Shown here piece after piece: positions 33,245 to 40,000 of a stretch of DNA of 40,000 bases (positions are counted from its first letter, which is position 1; each line of letters starts with the position of its first letter). The stretch lies in NCBI RefSeq assembly GCF_000582685.1, contig NZ_KK073768.1, forward strand, positions 2,308,074-2,348,073. Direction: 5' to 3'. The translations under genes were made by a program, and so were the position numbers. Origin of the DNA: [Scytonema hofmanni] UTEX 2349 (lineage in GTDB: Bacteria; Cyanobacteriota; Cyanobacteriia; Cyanobacteriales; Nostocaceae). The notes under the pieces were generated by a model. That model was not told the DNA's origin and did not search any database. It saw only the letters and a list, made by a program, of their open reading frames with translations.

Positions 33245-34600
33245 ATGACTAACCAACCCTCAAGTGTTACACAAACTCCTGCTTTGAGTGAAATGAAAGT
33301 TTTTATTATGATTTGGCTAGGTCAAATCATATCTAGGATAGGTTCTGGTATGACTAGCTTTGCTTTTGATGTCTGGGTTTACCAGCATACTAATTCTATC
33401 ACTCAATTTGCTTTCCTAACCCTTGCTATTACTCTTCCCGGTTTTTGCATTTTTCCGATTGCTGGTAGTGTTGTTGATCGTTGGAATCGTCGCTGGATAA
33501 TGTTGATTAGTACAATCTGTTCTAGCTTATGTATTCTAACTGTTGGTATTCTATTGATACTGGGACATCTAGAAGTTTGGCATATTTATCTTGCAGTCGC
33601 TGGAAAGTCAATTTTCTCAACATTTAGCTCAACAGCTTTTCGTGCATCTATTGTGTTAATGGTTCCTACAAACAAACTAGGGCGTGCTAGTGGATTCACT
33701 CAAGCTACAGATTCAATAGCCCGCTTAGTGTGTCCAGCTTTAGGGGGTATTATCTTAGGAATTTTCAAATTGAAAGGTGTAGTTTTACTGGATTTTATTA
33801 CTTTTATCCTGGCTATTATTCCTCTTGTTCTTGTAGATATCCCGGAACTTTCACACAAGGATAATTTGCTAATTGATGCCCAGAATACATCTATTCTTTC
33901 AGGAATAAAACAGGGATGGGATTATTTAATCAATAGACCAGGAATACTAACGTTGATACTTATCCGAACCATTTATAATGCAGCTATAGGGGCAGCACTA
34001 ATTCTAGCCACACCACTTTTATTGATCTTAACCACACCGGGAAGTTTAGGTTTTCTTCTTTCCCTGGCAGGAAGTGGTATGCTTATAGGAATTATCTATT
34101 TAGGTATTGTAGGCGATCGCCAAGAAGAAAATTTAGTAAGAGTGATATTTATATCGATCCTCTTAAGTTCTACTGCTTTAGTTACAGGGGGTTTGCGTCC
34201 TTCTTTGATATTATTTACCATTTCTGGTTTCTTTTTTGCTTTAGGCATTCCCTTGGTTAACGGATGTGTTCAAATCATATTGCAAAAAAAAGTTGCCCCT
34301 CACATTCAAGGTAGAATTTTCTCACTTAATCATACAATCTCTATGCTCTTTCCACCATTGGTAGCAATTGCCATTGGACCTATTGCAGATAAAATTTTAG
34401 AACCTTTAATGGACTTTAATGGACCTTGGTCTCAAGGAATTGGTCAAATTATCGGCTCAGGTCCTGGTCGAGGAATTGCTCTTTTGTTCATTTTAATAGG
34501 ATTACTTACATTGTTTTCCAATTTAATAGCATACCAATATGAACCGTTAAGAAAACTAGAAAGCGAATTGCCGGATGAAATAGAGTTTATAAGTTCATAA
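33245..34600 (+). CDS. MFS transporter (MFS_3 / EntS-like exporter family), probable product efflux
   Basis: 451 aa and very hydrophobic, with roughly 12 predicted TM stretches. GSVVDRWNRRWIM lies after TM2, which is typical of the EntS-like MFS_3 family. The gene is co-directional with the cluster. Confidence 0.75.
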   Translation: MTNQPSSVTQTPALSEMKVFIMIWLGQIISRIGSGMTSFAFDVWVYQHTNSITQFAFLTLAITLPGFCIFPIAGSVVDRWNRRWIMLISTICSSLCILTVGILLILGHLEVWHIYLAVAGKSIFSTFSSTAFRASIVLMVPTNKLGRASGFTQATDSIARLVCPALGGIILGIFKLKGVVLLDFITFILAIIPLVLVDIPELSHKDNLLIDAQNTSILSGIKQGWDYLINRPGILTLILIRTIYNAAIGAALILATPLLLILTTPGSLGFLLSLAGSGMLIGIIYLGIVGDRQEENLVRVIFISILLSSTALVTGGLRPSLILFTISGFFFALGIPLVNGCVQIILQKKVAPHIQGRIFSLNHTISMLFPPLVAIAIGPIADKILEPLMDFNGPWSQGIGQIIGSGPGRGIALLFILIGLLTLFSNLIAYQYEPLRKLESELPDEIEFISS

Positions 34601-34723
34601 ATTCAGTATCCGCTCAAGAAATAGGGGATAGGAAGAAAAATAAGAGGATACAAAGGGTCACACAGGATTGTATAATATTATGAAAAAGCGGTTTGTGCGT
34701 TTCATAAAAAGTAACTTTTAGTT

Positions 34724-35992
34724 TTATTTTCCGCGATCGCTTTCCAAATCATCAATAACTGTTTGCAAATACCACTCTTCTGACATCCCTGGATAATAAT
34801 CCTTTTTCTGCTCAATTAGTCGTTGGGCAATTTCCCAATATCCCCCTACCATTCTCAACAAACGTTGACGTAGTAAATCGTCTTTGGCGTTTTTTACTTC
34901 CGGGGTAGAGGATTGAATTTTTTTCAAGCTATTTAAAACTTGTTGATAATTGTGCCAATCTTCTTTTTCACAAAATATACTTGCCGCACGCTGATAATCT
35001 TCAATGGCGTGTTGCATTTCTTCTAAATGAGTATAGGCGATACCACGATTATAATACGCTTGGGCATCCGATGAATTAATTTGTAAGGCTTGGGTGTAAT
35101 CTTTAATTGCAGCGTAATAATTGCCCATTGCTCGATGAGTATTTCCTCTGGCAATATATATTAAAGCGTCTTCTGGCTGCATTTCCAGCGCCGAATTATA
35201 GTCAGCGATCGCACCTTGATGATCTCCTAATTGTGAACGTGCTTTTCCTCGATTGCGATAGACAATGCCAGATTTGAAATTTAGGCGCAGTGCTGAGTTA
35301 AAATCAGAAATAGCATCGCGATAATTTCCTTGTTTGCAACGCACTACCCCCCGACAGCAATAAGCGATACCATCTTGGGGATCGACTTGCAATACCCAGT
35401 TTAAATCATCAATGGCTTGCTGTGTGTCTCCTTTTTCTGCCTTTTCTAATAAGGTGCGAAAATATTCCTTTTGGGAAATTATCGGTGCGGGGGTAGAAAT
35501 TGATGGCTTTTCAGCAGGATATTCTTTGGGTTGTAGCTGTTTAATGCTTTCTAAGCATTGACGACATTTTTCTTTGTCGTTTTTCTTGAGATATAATTCT
35601 GCGGCTTTTTTGAAGTTAGCGATCGCATCATGAATATACCCTTCTTTGCGCCGCACAATTCCCCTTAAATCATAAGCTGCGGCATAATTTACTTCCAGTG
35701 CGATCGCTTTATCGACATCCGCAAGGGCACCAGGTAAATTTTTTAGCGTCAACCGTGCTAATGCCCGATAATAATATGCTTCTACATTTTCAGGATCGTG
35801 TTTCAAAGTTTCAGTATAATCTGAGACAGCTTGGAGAATTGCTCCTGAGTCATAATATGCTAATCCCCGTTGTCTGTAAGCTTCGGCAAAGTAAGGATCT
35901 TCTTGCAAAGCACGGGTAAATTCCTCAATTGCTTTCGTGTAGTCTTTTTGCCGAGCTAGTTCTAATCCTTTATTGTAAAATTCATTATTCAT
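34724..35992 (-). CDS. Tetratricopeptide-repeat (TPR) protein
   Basis: 422 aa with many tandem 34-aa TPR signatures, for example AEAYRQRGLAYYDSG, AYYYRALARL, AAYDLRGIVRRKEG, IAYCCRGVVRCKQGNY, IVYRNRGKARSQLGDH, LIYIARGNTHRAMGNY and AQAYYNRGIAYTHLEE. Confidence 0.85.
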   Translation of the reverse strand: MNNEFYNKGLELARQKDYTKAIEEFTRALQEDPYFAEAYRQRGLAYYDSGAILQAVSDYTETLKHDPENVEAYYYRALARLTLKNLPGALADVDKAIALEVNYAAAYDLRGIVRRKEGYIHDAIANFKKAAELYLKKNDKEKCRQCLESIKQLQPKEYPAEKPSISTPAPIISQKEYFRTLLEKAEKGDTQQAIDDLNWVLQVDPQDGIAYCCRGVVRCKQGNYRDAISDFNSALRLNFKSGIVYRNRGKARSQLGDHQGAIADYNSALEMQPEDALIYIARGNTHRAMGNYYAAIKDYTQALQINSSDAQAYYNRGIAYTHLEEMQHAIEDYQRAASIFCEKEDWHNYQQVLNSLKKIQSSTPEVKNAKDDLLRQRLLRMVGGYWEIAQRLIEQKKDYYPGMSEEWYLQTVIDDLESDRGK

Positions 35993-36045
35993 GGCGTTTA
36001 TTTACTTTACTCACTTATTTAATTGTAGTAAGCGTGCATAGCGCT

Positions 36046-37312
36046 CAATACGGTTCGGATAAGACTCGATCCCCCCAACCCCCCTTAAAAAGCAGGGCTG
36101 TTTCATTCCCTAAAAGGTGTAAAATGACAAGCGTCCTGGGGATGAAAACAATGAGTGCAAATCTGATTGAACAACTGCGGGAAGTTAAAGATTTTCGAGT
36201 CAAAGATGGACAAAGACATCAACTGTGGTTGGTATTACTGTTTGTCATTATGGGGACAATGAGCGGGTACGTAGGGTATCGTGCATGGGGGGACTTTGTC
36301 AAACGGCATCGTCTTGTATTAATTGAGAAATTTAGAATCGAAAAACATGGTGTTCCATCGTACTCGACTATTCGACGAATACTGATGGGAGTAGATTTTG
36401 ACAATCTTGCTGCAACGTTTAATCAGTGGGCACAAAACTATGTTCATGTGGATACATCAGACTGGTTTGGAATTGATGGTAAAAGTATCAAAGGAACTGT
36501 GCAAAACTACGAAAGTGAGTATCAAAATTTTGTCAGTATCGTGTCCGTATTTGCTGAAAAAAGAGGGCTTGTTTTAGGTCTGACCAAATTGGAGAACAAG
36601 AAAGGTAGTGAAATTAGCACGGTTCAAAATTTAATTGCGGTATTGGATATCGAGGGTGTTGTTTTCAGCTTAGATGCTCTACATTGCCAAAAAAAACTTG
36701 CAAGTTAATTATTGATGGTGGCAATGACTATGCGATCGCAGTCAAGGCAAATCAAAAAAACTTGTATCATCAAATTCGACACAATACGGAGAATTCCAAG
36801 CCCACAAGTCGGTACATCACAGCCGAAAAAACTCGAAACCGAGTTACAACACGTACTATAGAAGTTTTTCATGATTTAACTGACATCAGTCCAGAATGGG
36901 CTGGGTTGGAGTCCTTAATTAAGGTTGAAAGAATGGGTACTCGTGCAGGCAAACCATATCACCAAGTTGCTTACTACATTAGTAGTCTAGTTCGTTCAGC
37001 AACTGATTTTGCTAAAGGGATTCGCGGACATTGGGGGATTGAGAATTGTCTTCATTGGGTAAAGGATGTCATTTTTGATGAAGACCATTCCACCATACGT
37101 ATGGGTAATGCTCCTGCGAATCTGTCGGTGATGCGAACGATCGCACTCAATATACTCCGCCGAAATGGTCATGCTTCCATCACAACTGCTCAAAGATTTA
37201 TCTCTAATGATATTGACAAACTTCTTGCCCTTGTGGAATGAAACAGCCCTGCCTTTTTAAGGGGGATAATGGGGGATCTTTAAGGACTGTGCATCTTAAC
37301 CGAACCGTATTG
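36046..37312 (+). mobile_element. ISAs1-family insertion sequence (~1.27 kb) with imperfect terminal inverted repeats
   Basis: The outer ends are perfect inverted copies: CAATACGGTTCGG at 36046-36058 and CCGAACCGTATTG at 37300-37312. The inner IR block CCCCCTTAAAAAG(G)CAGGGCTGTTTCATTCC is present at both ends. Flanking near-identical octamers ATAGCGCT (36038-36045) and ATAGTGCT (37315-37322) are candidate target-site duplications. The element encodes an ISAs1-type transposase. Confidence 0.75.
36124..37241 (+). pseudogene. ISAs1-family (H-repeat-associated) DDE transposase, interrupted by a -1 frameshift in an A8 run
   Basis: Two ORFs, 36124-36708 and 36684-37241, join as ..SLDALHCQKK|TCKLIIDGGNDYAIAVKANQ.. 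across AAAAAAAA at 36689-36696. Family motifs: FGIDGKSIKGT, KKGSEI, DALHCQKK, YAIAVKANQ, GHWGIENCLHWVKDVIFDED. The ORF-track start at 35929 is an artefactual upstream extension. Confidence 0.7.
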
Positions 37313-37373
37313 GGATAGTGCTTATTTTGAGCACTGAAGTGCTCACTACGATTTTTTTCAATATTTTATCAAA

Positions 37374-38522
37374 ATGAAAATTAGAACTATCACAACTGGT
37401 ATATCGCTTGATTCTCTTAAAGAAATAGAAAAAATTAAACAAGCGACTGAGTTTAATCAGCAAGCAAAGCTGATAATTGAAGAGCAGGGATATGAAGTCC
37501 AAACAACGAGAATAGCAACTAATTCCTGGGAAGAATATCTAGATGGGTTATCAAAAAGTGAAATTATCAATCAAGTTAAAGTAATTGAAGAAATTTGCCA
37601 AAACTTAAATATCAGCTTTTTCAGTCTTGGTTACGCAAGTCAACGGTCAACCATCGCATTAATTCCAGATATTATCAAAAATACATCGATTTTATATACT
37701 TCTAGTAAAATCGGCGATCGCATTTCTGGGATAAACTTTGAAAATGCGAGAGAATCGGCAAAAGTTATTCAGCGAATTTCTCAAGAAACTCAAGATGGTT
37801 TTGGTAACTTTCATTTTTGCGCTTGGGCAAATTGTCAATCAGGAATCCCGTTTTTTCCAGCTTCGTATCATGAAGGTGAAACGTGTTTCGCTATCGGATT
37901 AGAATTATGTGACTTGGTAATGCAAGCTTTTTCTGATGCTGATGATCTTCTTGATGCGGAAGAAAAGCTGAAGTTGATTTTAGATAAAGAATTAAGTAAA
38001 ATTGAGGCGATCGCTCAAAAAATATCCGCTAAATATGCTATCAAATATCAAGGAATTGACACTTCTCTTGCACCATCATTAGGCAAAAAAGAAAGTATCG
38101 CTTTTGCTTATGAAAAAATCCTGGATGGGAAGTTTGGCAATCAAGGAACATTGGCAATATCAGGAATGCTGACTCGTGTTTTGAAAAGCGTATCTGTAAA
38201 AACTTGTGGCTATTCTGGGTTAATGCTTCCGGTTTGTGAAGATGTCGGTTTAGCAGCAAGAGCTAACGAACAAACTTACAATATCACAAATTTATTAGCT
38301 TATTCTGCCGTGTGTGGTTGCGGACTTGATACAGTTCCAATTCCTGGTAATATAACAATAGAAAAGATTACGGCAATATTAATTGATATGGCGACTTTGG
38401 CGATAAAATTAGATAAACCACTTTCCGCAAGGTTGTTTCCGATTCCTGGGAAAAATGCTGGAGAAATGACTGCATTTAATTCGCCGTATCTGGTGGATTG
38501 TAGAATATTTAATGTGGAATAA
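37374..38522 (+). CDS. DUF711 / UPF0210-family protein
   Basis: 382 aa. MKIRTITTGISL at the N-terminus and GYSGLMLPVCEDVGLA resemble the conserved IRTIT.GISL and G.SG.MLPV.ED blocks I recall for PF05167. Function is unknown. Confidence 0.55.
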   Translation: MKIRTITTGISLDSLKEIEKIKQATEFNQQAKLIIEEQGYEVQTTRIATNSWEEYLDGLSKSEIINQVKVIEEICQNLNISFFSLGYASQRSTIALIPDIIKNTSILYTSSKIGDRISGINFENARESAKVIQRISQETQDGFGNFHFCAWANCQSGIPFFPASYHEGETCFAIGLELCDLVMQAFSDADDLLDAEEKLKLILDKELSKIEAIAQKISAKYAIKYQGIDTSLAPSLGKKESIAFAYEKILDGKFGNQGTLAISGMLTRVLKSVSVKTCGYSGLMLPVCEDVGLAARANEQTYNITNLLAYSAVCGCGLDTVPIPGNITIEKITAILIDMATLAIKLDKPLSARLFPIPGKNAGEMTAFNSPYLVDCRIFNVE

Positions 38523-38590
38523 TAATTGGATTAATAGGACTTACGCAAGTGTCACATACAGCAGCCTATCGATCTAATCGAATACACACA

Positions 38591-38611
38591 AAGACGTAGC
38601 ACTGCTACGTC
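38591..38611. repeat. Perfect 21-nt palindrome within a structured 240-nt intergenic region
   Basis: AGACGTAGCA-C-TGCTACGTCT has 10-bp arms. It is flanked by the hairpin TCGAT-CTA-ATCGA (38568-38580). A 9-nt long-range complement pairs ATACAGCAG (38555-38563) with CTGCTGTAT (38658-38666). Confidence 0.6.
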
Positions 38612-38762
38612 TCTACAAGAAGAGGGGTTTTATAGATGTACTTCCTAAGGAGTGAAATCTGCTGTATATATATTTAAATTTGAGGTTATCCGTAATCTTG
38701 TTGGGACGGGTTGAAGTTTAAGAGGAGAGCAAAAACAACTCATAAGTCTGAGGTATACATTA

Positions 38763-39398
38763 ATGAATTACATTGCTTACATTTCAACAAAAGACGGTGA
38801 TTCCCTTGCGGTTCGTTCTACACCTAATGGGGAAAAAATAGGTTTTCTTACCAATGGTACTGAAGTTTCCGTAAACAGCGAACCTGTATATGCAGGAAAC
38901 AGGAATTGGGTACAAATTGGAGCTAATCGTTGGGTAGCGAAGGAGTTTCTTACAGTCATTAAAGCAGCGAGGGTGGTTGCTAGTCGCTCCTCAAAAACCA
39001 TCAGTGGGGGTTTGAGAGTGTATGAGACTCGACTAATTGATGGTACTGGTAAGGTTGTTAAGACAGTGCGAGGTGTTTCTGGTCGAGCAAACAACCAAAC
39101 TCCATCTCATATTGCTAATTCTCAAACACCTCTGCCTTTTGGAATTTACACTTTCAACTATCCTGGAACAGTAGAATTTAAAGGAGGAGAATTTGGTGGT
39201 GTCTGGTCTCCAGTGACACCTGCTTTTAACACAGGACGCTCGGAAATAGGTATTCACTACGACCCCTCAGCTTTACTACAAAATGCTAACAGTGGTACAG
39301 CAGGCTGTTTTGCCACACCAACCGTTGAGGAAAGAGACACGATGACGAACTTTATTCGCACTTATAAACCAACTCATTTTATTGTTTACGAAGGGTAA
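38763..39398 (+). CDS. SH3b-domain protein with a possible YkuD-like (L,D-transpeptidase-fold) C-terminal domain
   Basis: 211 aa. The N-terminus DGDSLAVRSTPNGEKIGFLTNGTEVSV..NWVQIGANRWVAKEFL follows the bacterial SH3 pattern. The C-terminus IGIHYDPS..SGTAGCFATP resembles the His...GC catalytic arrangement of YkuD domains. GAGGT lies ~8 nt upstream of the ATG. Confidence 0.4.
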   Translation: MNYIAYISTKDGDSLAVRSTPNGEKIGFLTNGTEVSVNSEPVYAGNRNWVQIGANRWVAKEFLTVIKAARVVASRSSKTISGGLRVYETRLIDGTGKVVKTVRGVSGRANNQTPSHIANSQTPLPFGIYTFNYPGTVEFKGGEFGGVWSPVTPAFNTGRSEIGIHYDPSALLQNANSGTAGCFATPTVEERDTMTNFIRTYKPTHFIVYEG

Positions 39399-39456
39399 GA
39401 GAGGCTTCAGCGCTTATTATGAATCAGGAGAGCATTTTACGTTTCATTTACTGAGC

Positions 39457-40000
39457 ATGAGTTCTTTAATTCCGGATACAGCACTTTCAATAGCTGGGTT
39501 AACTAATTATATTCAGCTATTGTTAGAACAAGATAATCAACTGCGGCAAGTTTGGGTAACTGGTGAAGTTTCCAGCGCAAATCAACATCGGAGTGGGTTA
39601 TTTTTCACTTTACAAGATCCAGATGGCAGCGCAGCAATTAAATGTGTGGTGTGGAATAGTCAATTAACAAAATTGGCTCAGATACCGATTCGTGGTGAAC
39701 AGATAATTATTTTGGGTAATATTCGAGTTTATCCGCAAAGAGGAGAATATCAACTTACAGTTTGGCAAATTTTGCCTGCTGGTTTAGGTTTACAAGCGTT
39801 GCGCTATCAACAATTAAAAAATCGCTTACAAGAAGAAGGTTTGTTTGATTTAGAAAGAAAGCGATCGCTTCCAATTCATCCCCAAATTATTGCCGTCGTC
39901 ACTTCCCCCACTGCTGCTGCTTGGGGTGATATTCAAAAAACACTCAAACAACGATATCCCGGTTTACACGTTTTATTTTCGCCGGCAACAGTGCAAGGTG
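39457..40000 (+). CDS. xseA: Exodeoxyribonuclease VII large subunit (N-terminal part; 3' end off-window)
   Basis: This ORF is not in the ORF track because no stop falls in the window. I translated it by hand from ATG 39457: MSSLIPDTALSIAGLTNYIQLLLEQDNQLRQVWVTGEVSSANQHRSGLFFTLQDPDGSAAIKCVVWNSQ..GEYQLTVWQILPAGLGLQALRYQQLKNRLQEEGLFD..IAVVTSPTAAAWGDI. This shows the OB-fold N-terminus and catalytic-domain start typical of XseA. Confidence 0.85.
   Translation, partial: MSSLIPDTALSIAGLTNYIQLLLEQDNQLRQVWVTGEVSSANQHRSGLFFTLQDPDGSAAIKCVVWNSQLTKLAQIPIRGEQIIILGNIRVYPQRGEYQLTVWQILPAGLGLQALRYQQLKNRLQEEGLFDLERKRSLPIHPQIIAVVTSPTAAAWGDIQKTLKQRYPGLHVLFSPATVQG

Noticed and set aside
34679-34706. The hairpin TATGAAA-(14 nt)-TTTCATA between the convergent MFS and TPR genes, considered as a bidirectional terminator. 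I also considered the overlapping 13-codon mini-ORF (34680-34721, MKKRFVRFIKSNF).
   Set aside because: The stem is only 7 bp, AU-rich, and has a large loop, so it is not a convincing intrinsic terminator. The mini-ORF has no RBS or recognisable peptide features.
35929-36123. The ORF-track start (35929) of the transposase ORF, which overlaps the 5' end of the TPR gene.
   Set aside because: It extends beyond the IS left inverted repeat (36046) and across the divergent TPR start. The transposase homology begins after ATG 36124.
37296-37502. 68-aa minus-strand ORF spanning the IS right end and the DUF711 gene start.
   Set aside because: It overlaps the well-supported DUF711 start and the IS terminus. 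The translation is low-complexity (Phe/Lys/Ile-rich) with no motif support.
1-40000. CRISPR array, tRNA, rRNA.
   Set aside because: There are no regularly spaced direct repeats. The recurring GCGATCGC is HIP1, which is scattered and sits inside genes. None of the short intergenic regions shows cloverleaf-like or rRNA-like sequence.
34724-40000. Whether the TPR protein, IS, DUF711, SH3b/YkuD-like protein and xseA belong to the biosynthetic cluster.
   Set aside because: The strand switches after the MFS gene. An IS intervenes, and the functions are housekeeping or unrelated. I therefore place the 3' cluster border at ~34600, although the TPR gene cannot be formally excluded.

Overview
This 40-kb window comes from a cyanobacterium. 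I counted 29 HIP1 octamers (GCGATCGC) by eye, and the sequence is AT-rich and Nostocales-like.

Nt 3-34600 form one co-directional biosynthetic gene cluster whose first four genes have overlapping stop and start codons. It encodes a lipopeptide-type FAAL-PKS-NRPS assembly line with this gene and domain order:
- FAAL-ACP (5' end off-window)
- KS-AT-DH(N-half)
- LLM-DH(C-half)-KR-ACP
- KS-AT-ACP-LLM-KR(Tyr->His)-C-A(Asp code)-T-C-A(DARH-type code)-T
- McyF-like Asp/Glu racemase
- C-A(Tyr code)-T-C-A(Gly code, interrupted by LLM)-T-TE
- CmlA-like metallo-beta-lactamase-fold (putative diiron) protein
- JmjC/cupin hydroxylase
- MFS exporter

The standout feature is that one luciferase-like monooxygenase (LLM) domain family occurs three times, each in a different context:
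- One copy lies between the two hot-dog halves of a PKS dehydratase. That dehydratase is also split across two genes at an ATGA overlap beside an A5 run.
- One copy lies between an ACP and a KR whose catalytic Tyr is His.
- One copy lies inside the terminal Gly-activating A domain, which is the MtaG/MelG-like terminal-amide logic.

The colinear prediction is a fatty acyl chain plus two oxygenated malonate units, then Asp, an acidic or D-residue (uncertain), Tyr (possibly beta-hydroxylated), and a C-terminal carboxamide. I cannot match this to a described compound from memory.

Downstream of the cluster are:
- a TPR protein on the minus strand
- an ISAs1-family insertion sequence whose transposase is frameshifted in an A8 run
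- a DUF711/UPF0210 protein
- an SH3b/YkuD-like protein
- the 5' part of xseA

I also saw small structured or dispersed-repeat-like elements at 30279-30466, 10573-10587 and 38555-38666. I saw no rRNA, tRNA or CRISPR array. All domain borders are approximate (about +/-30 nt) and were derived by eye from motifs.
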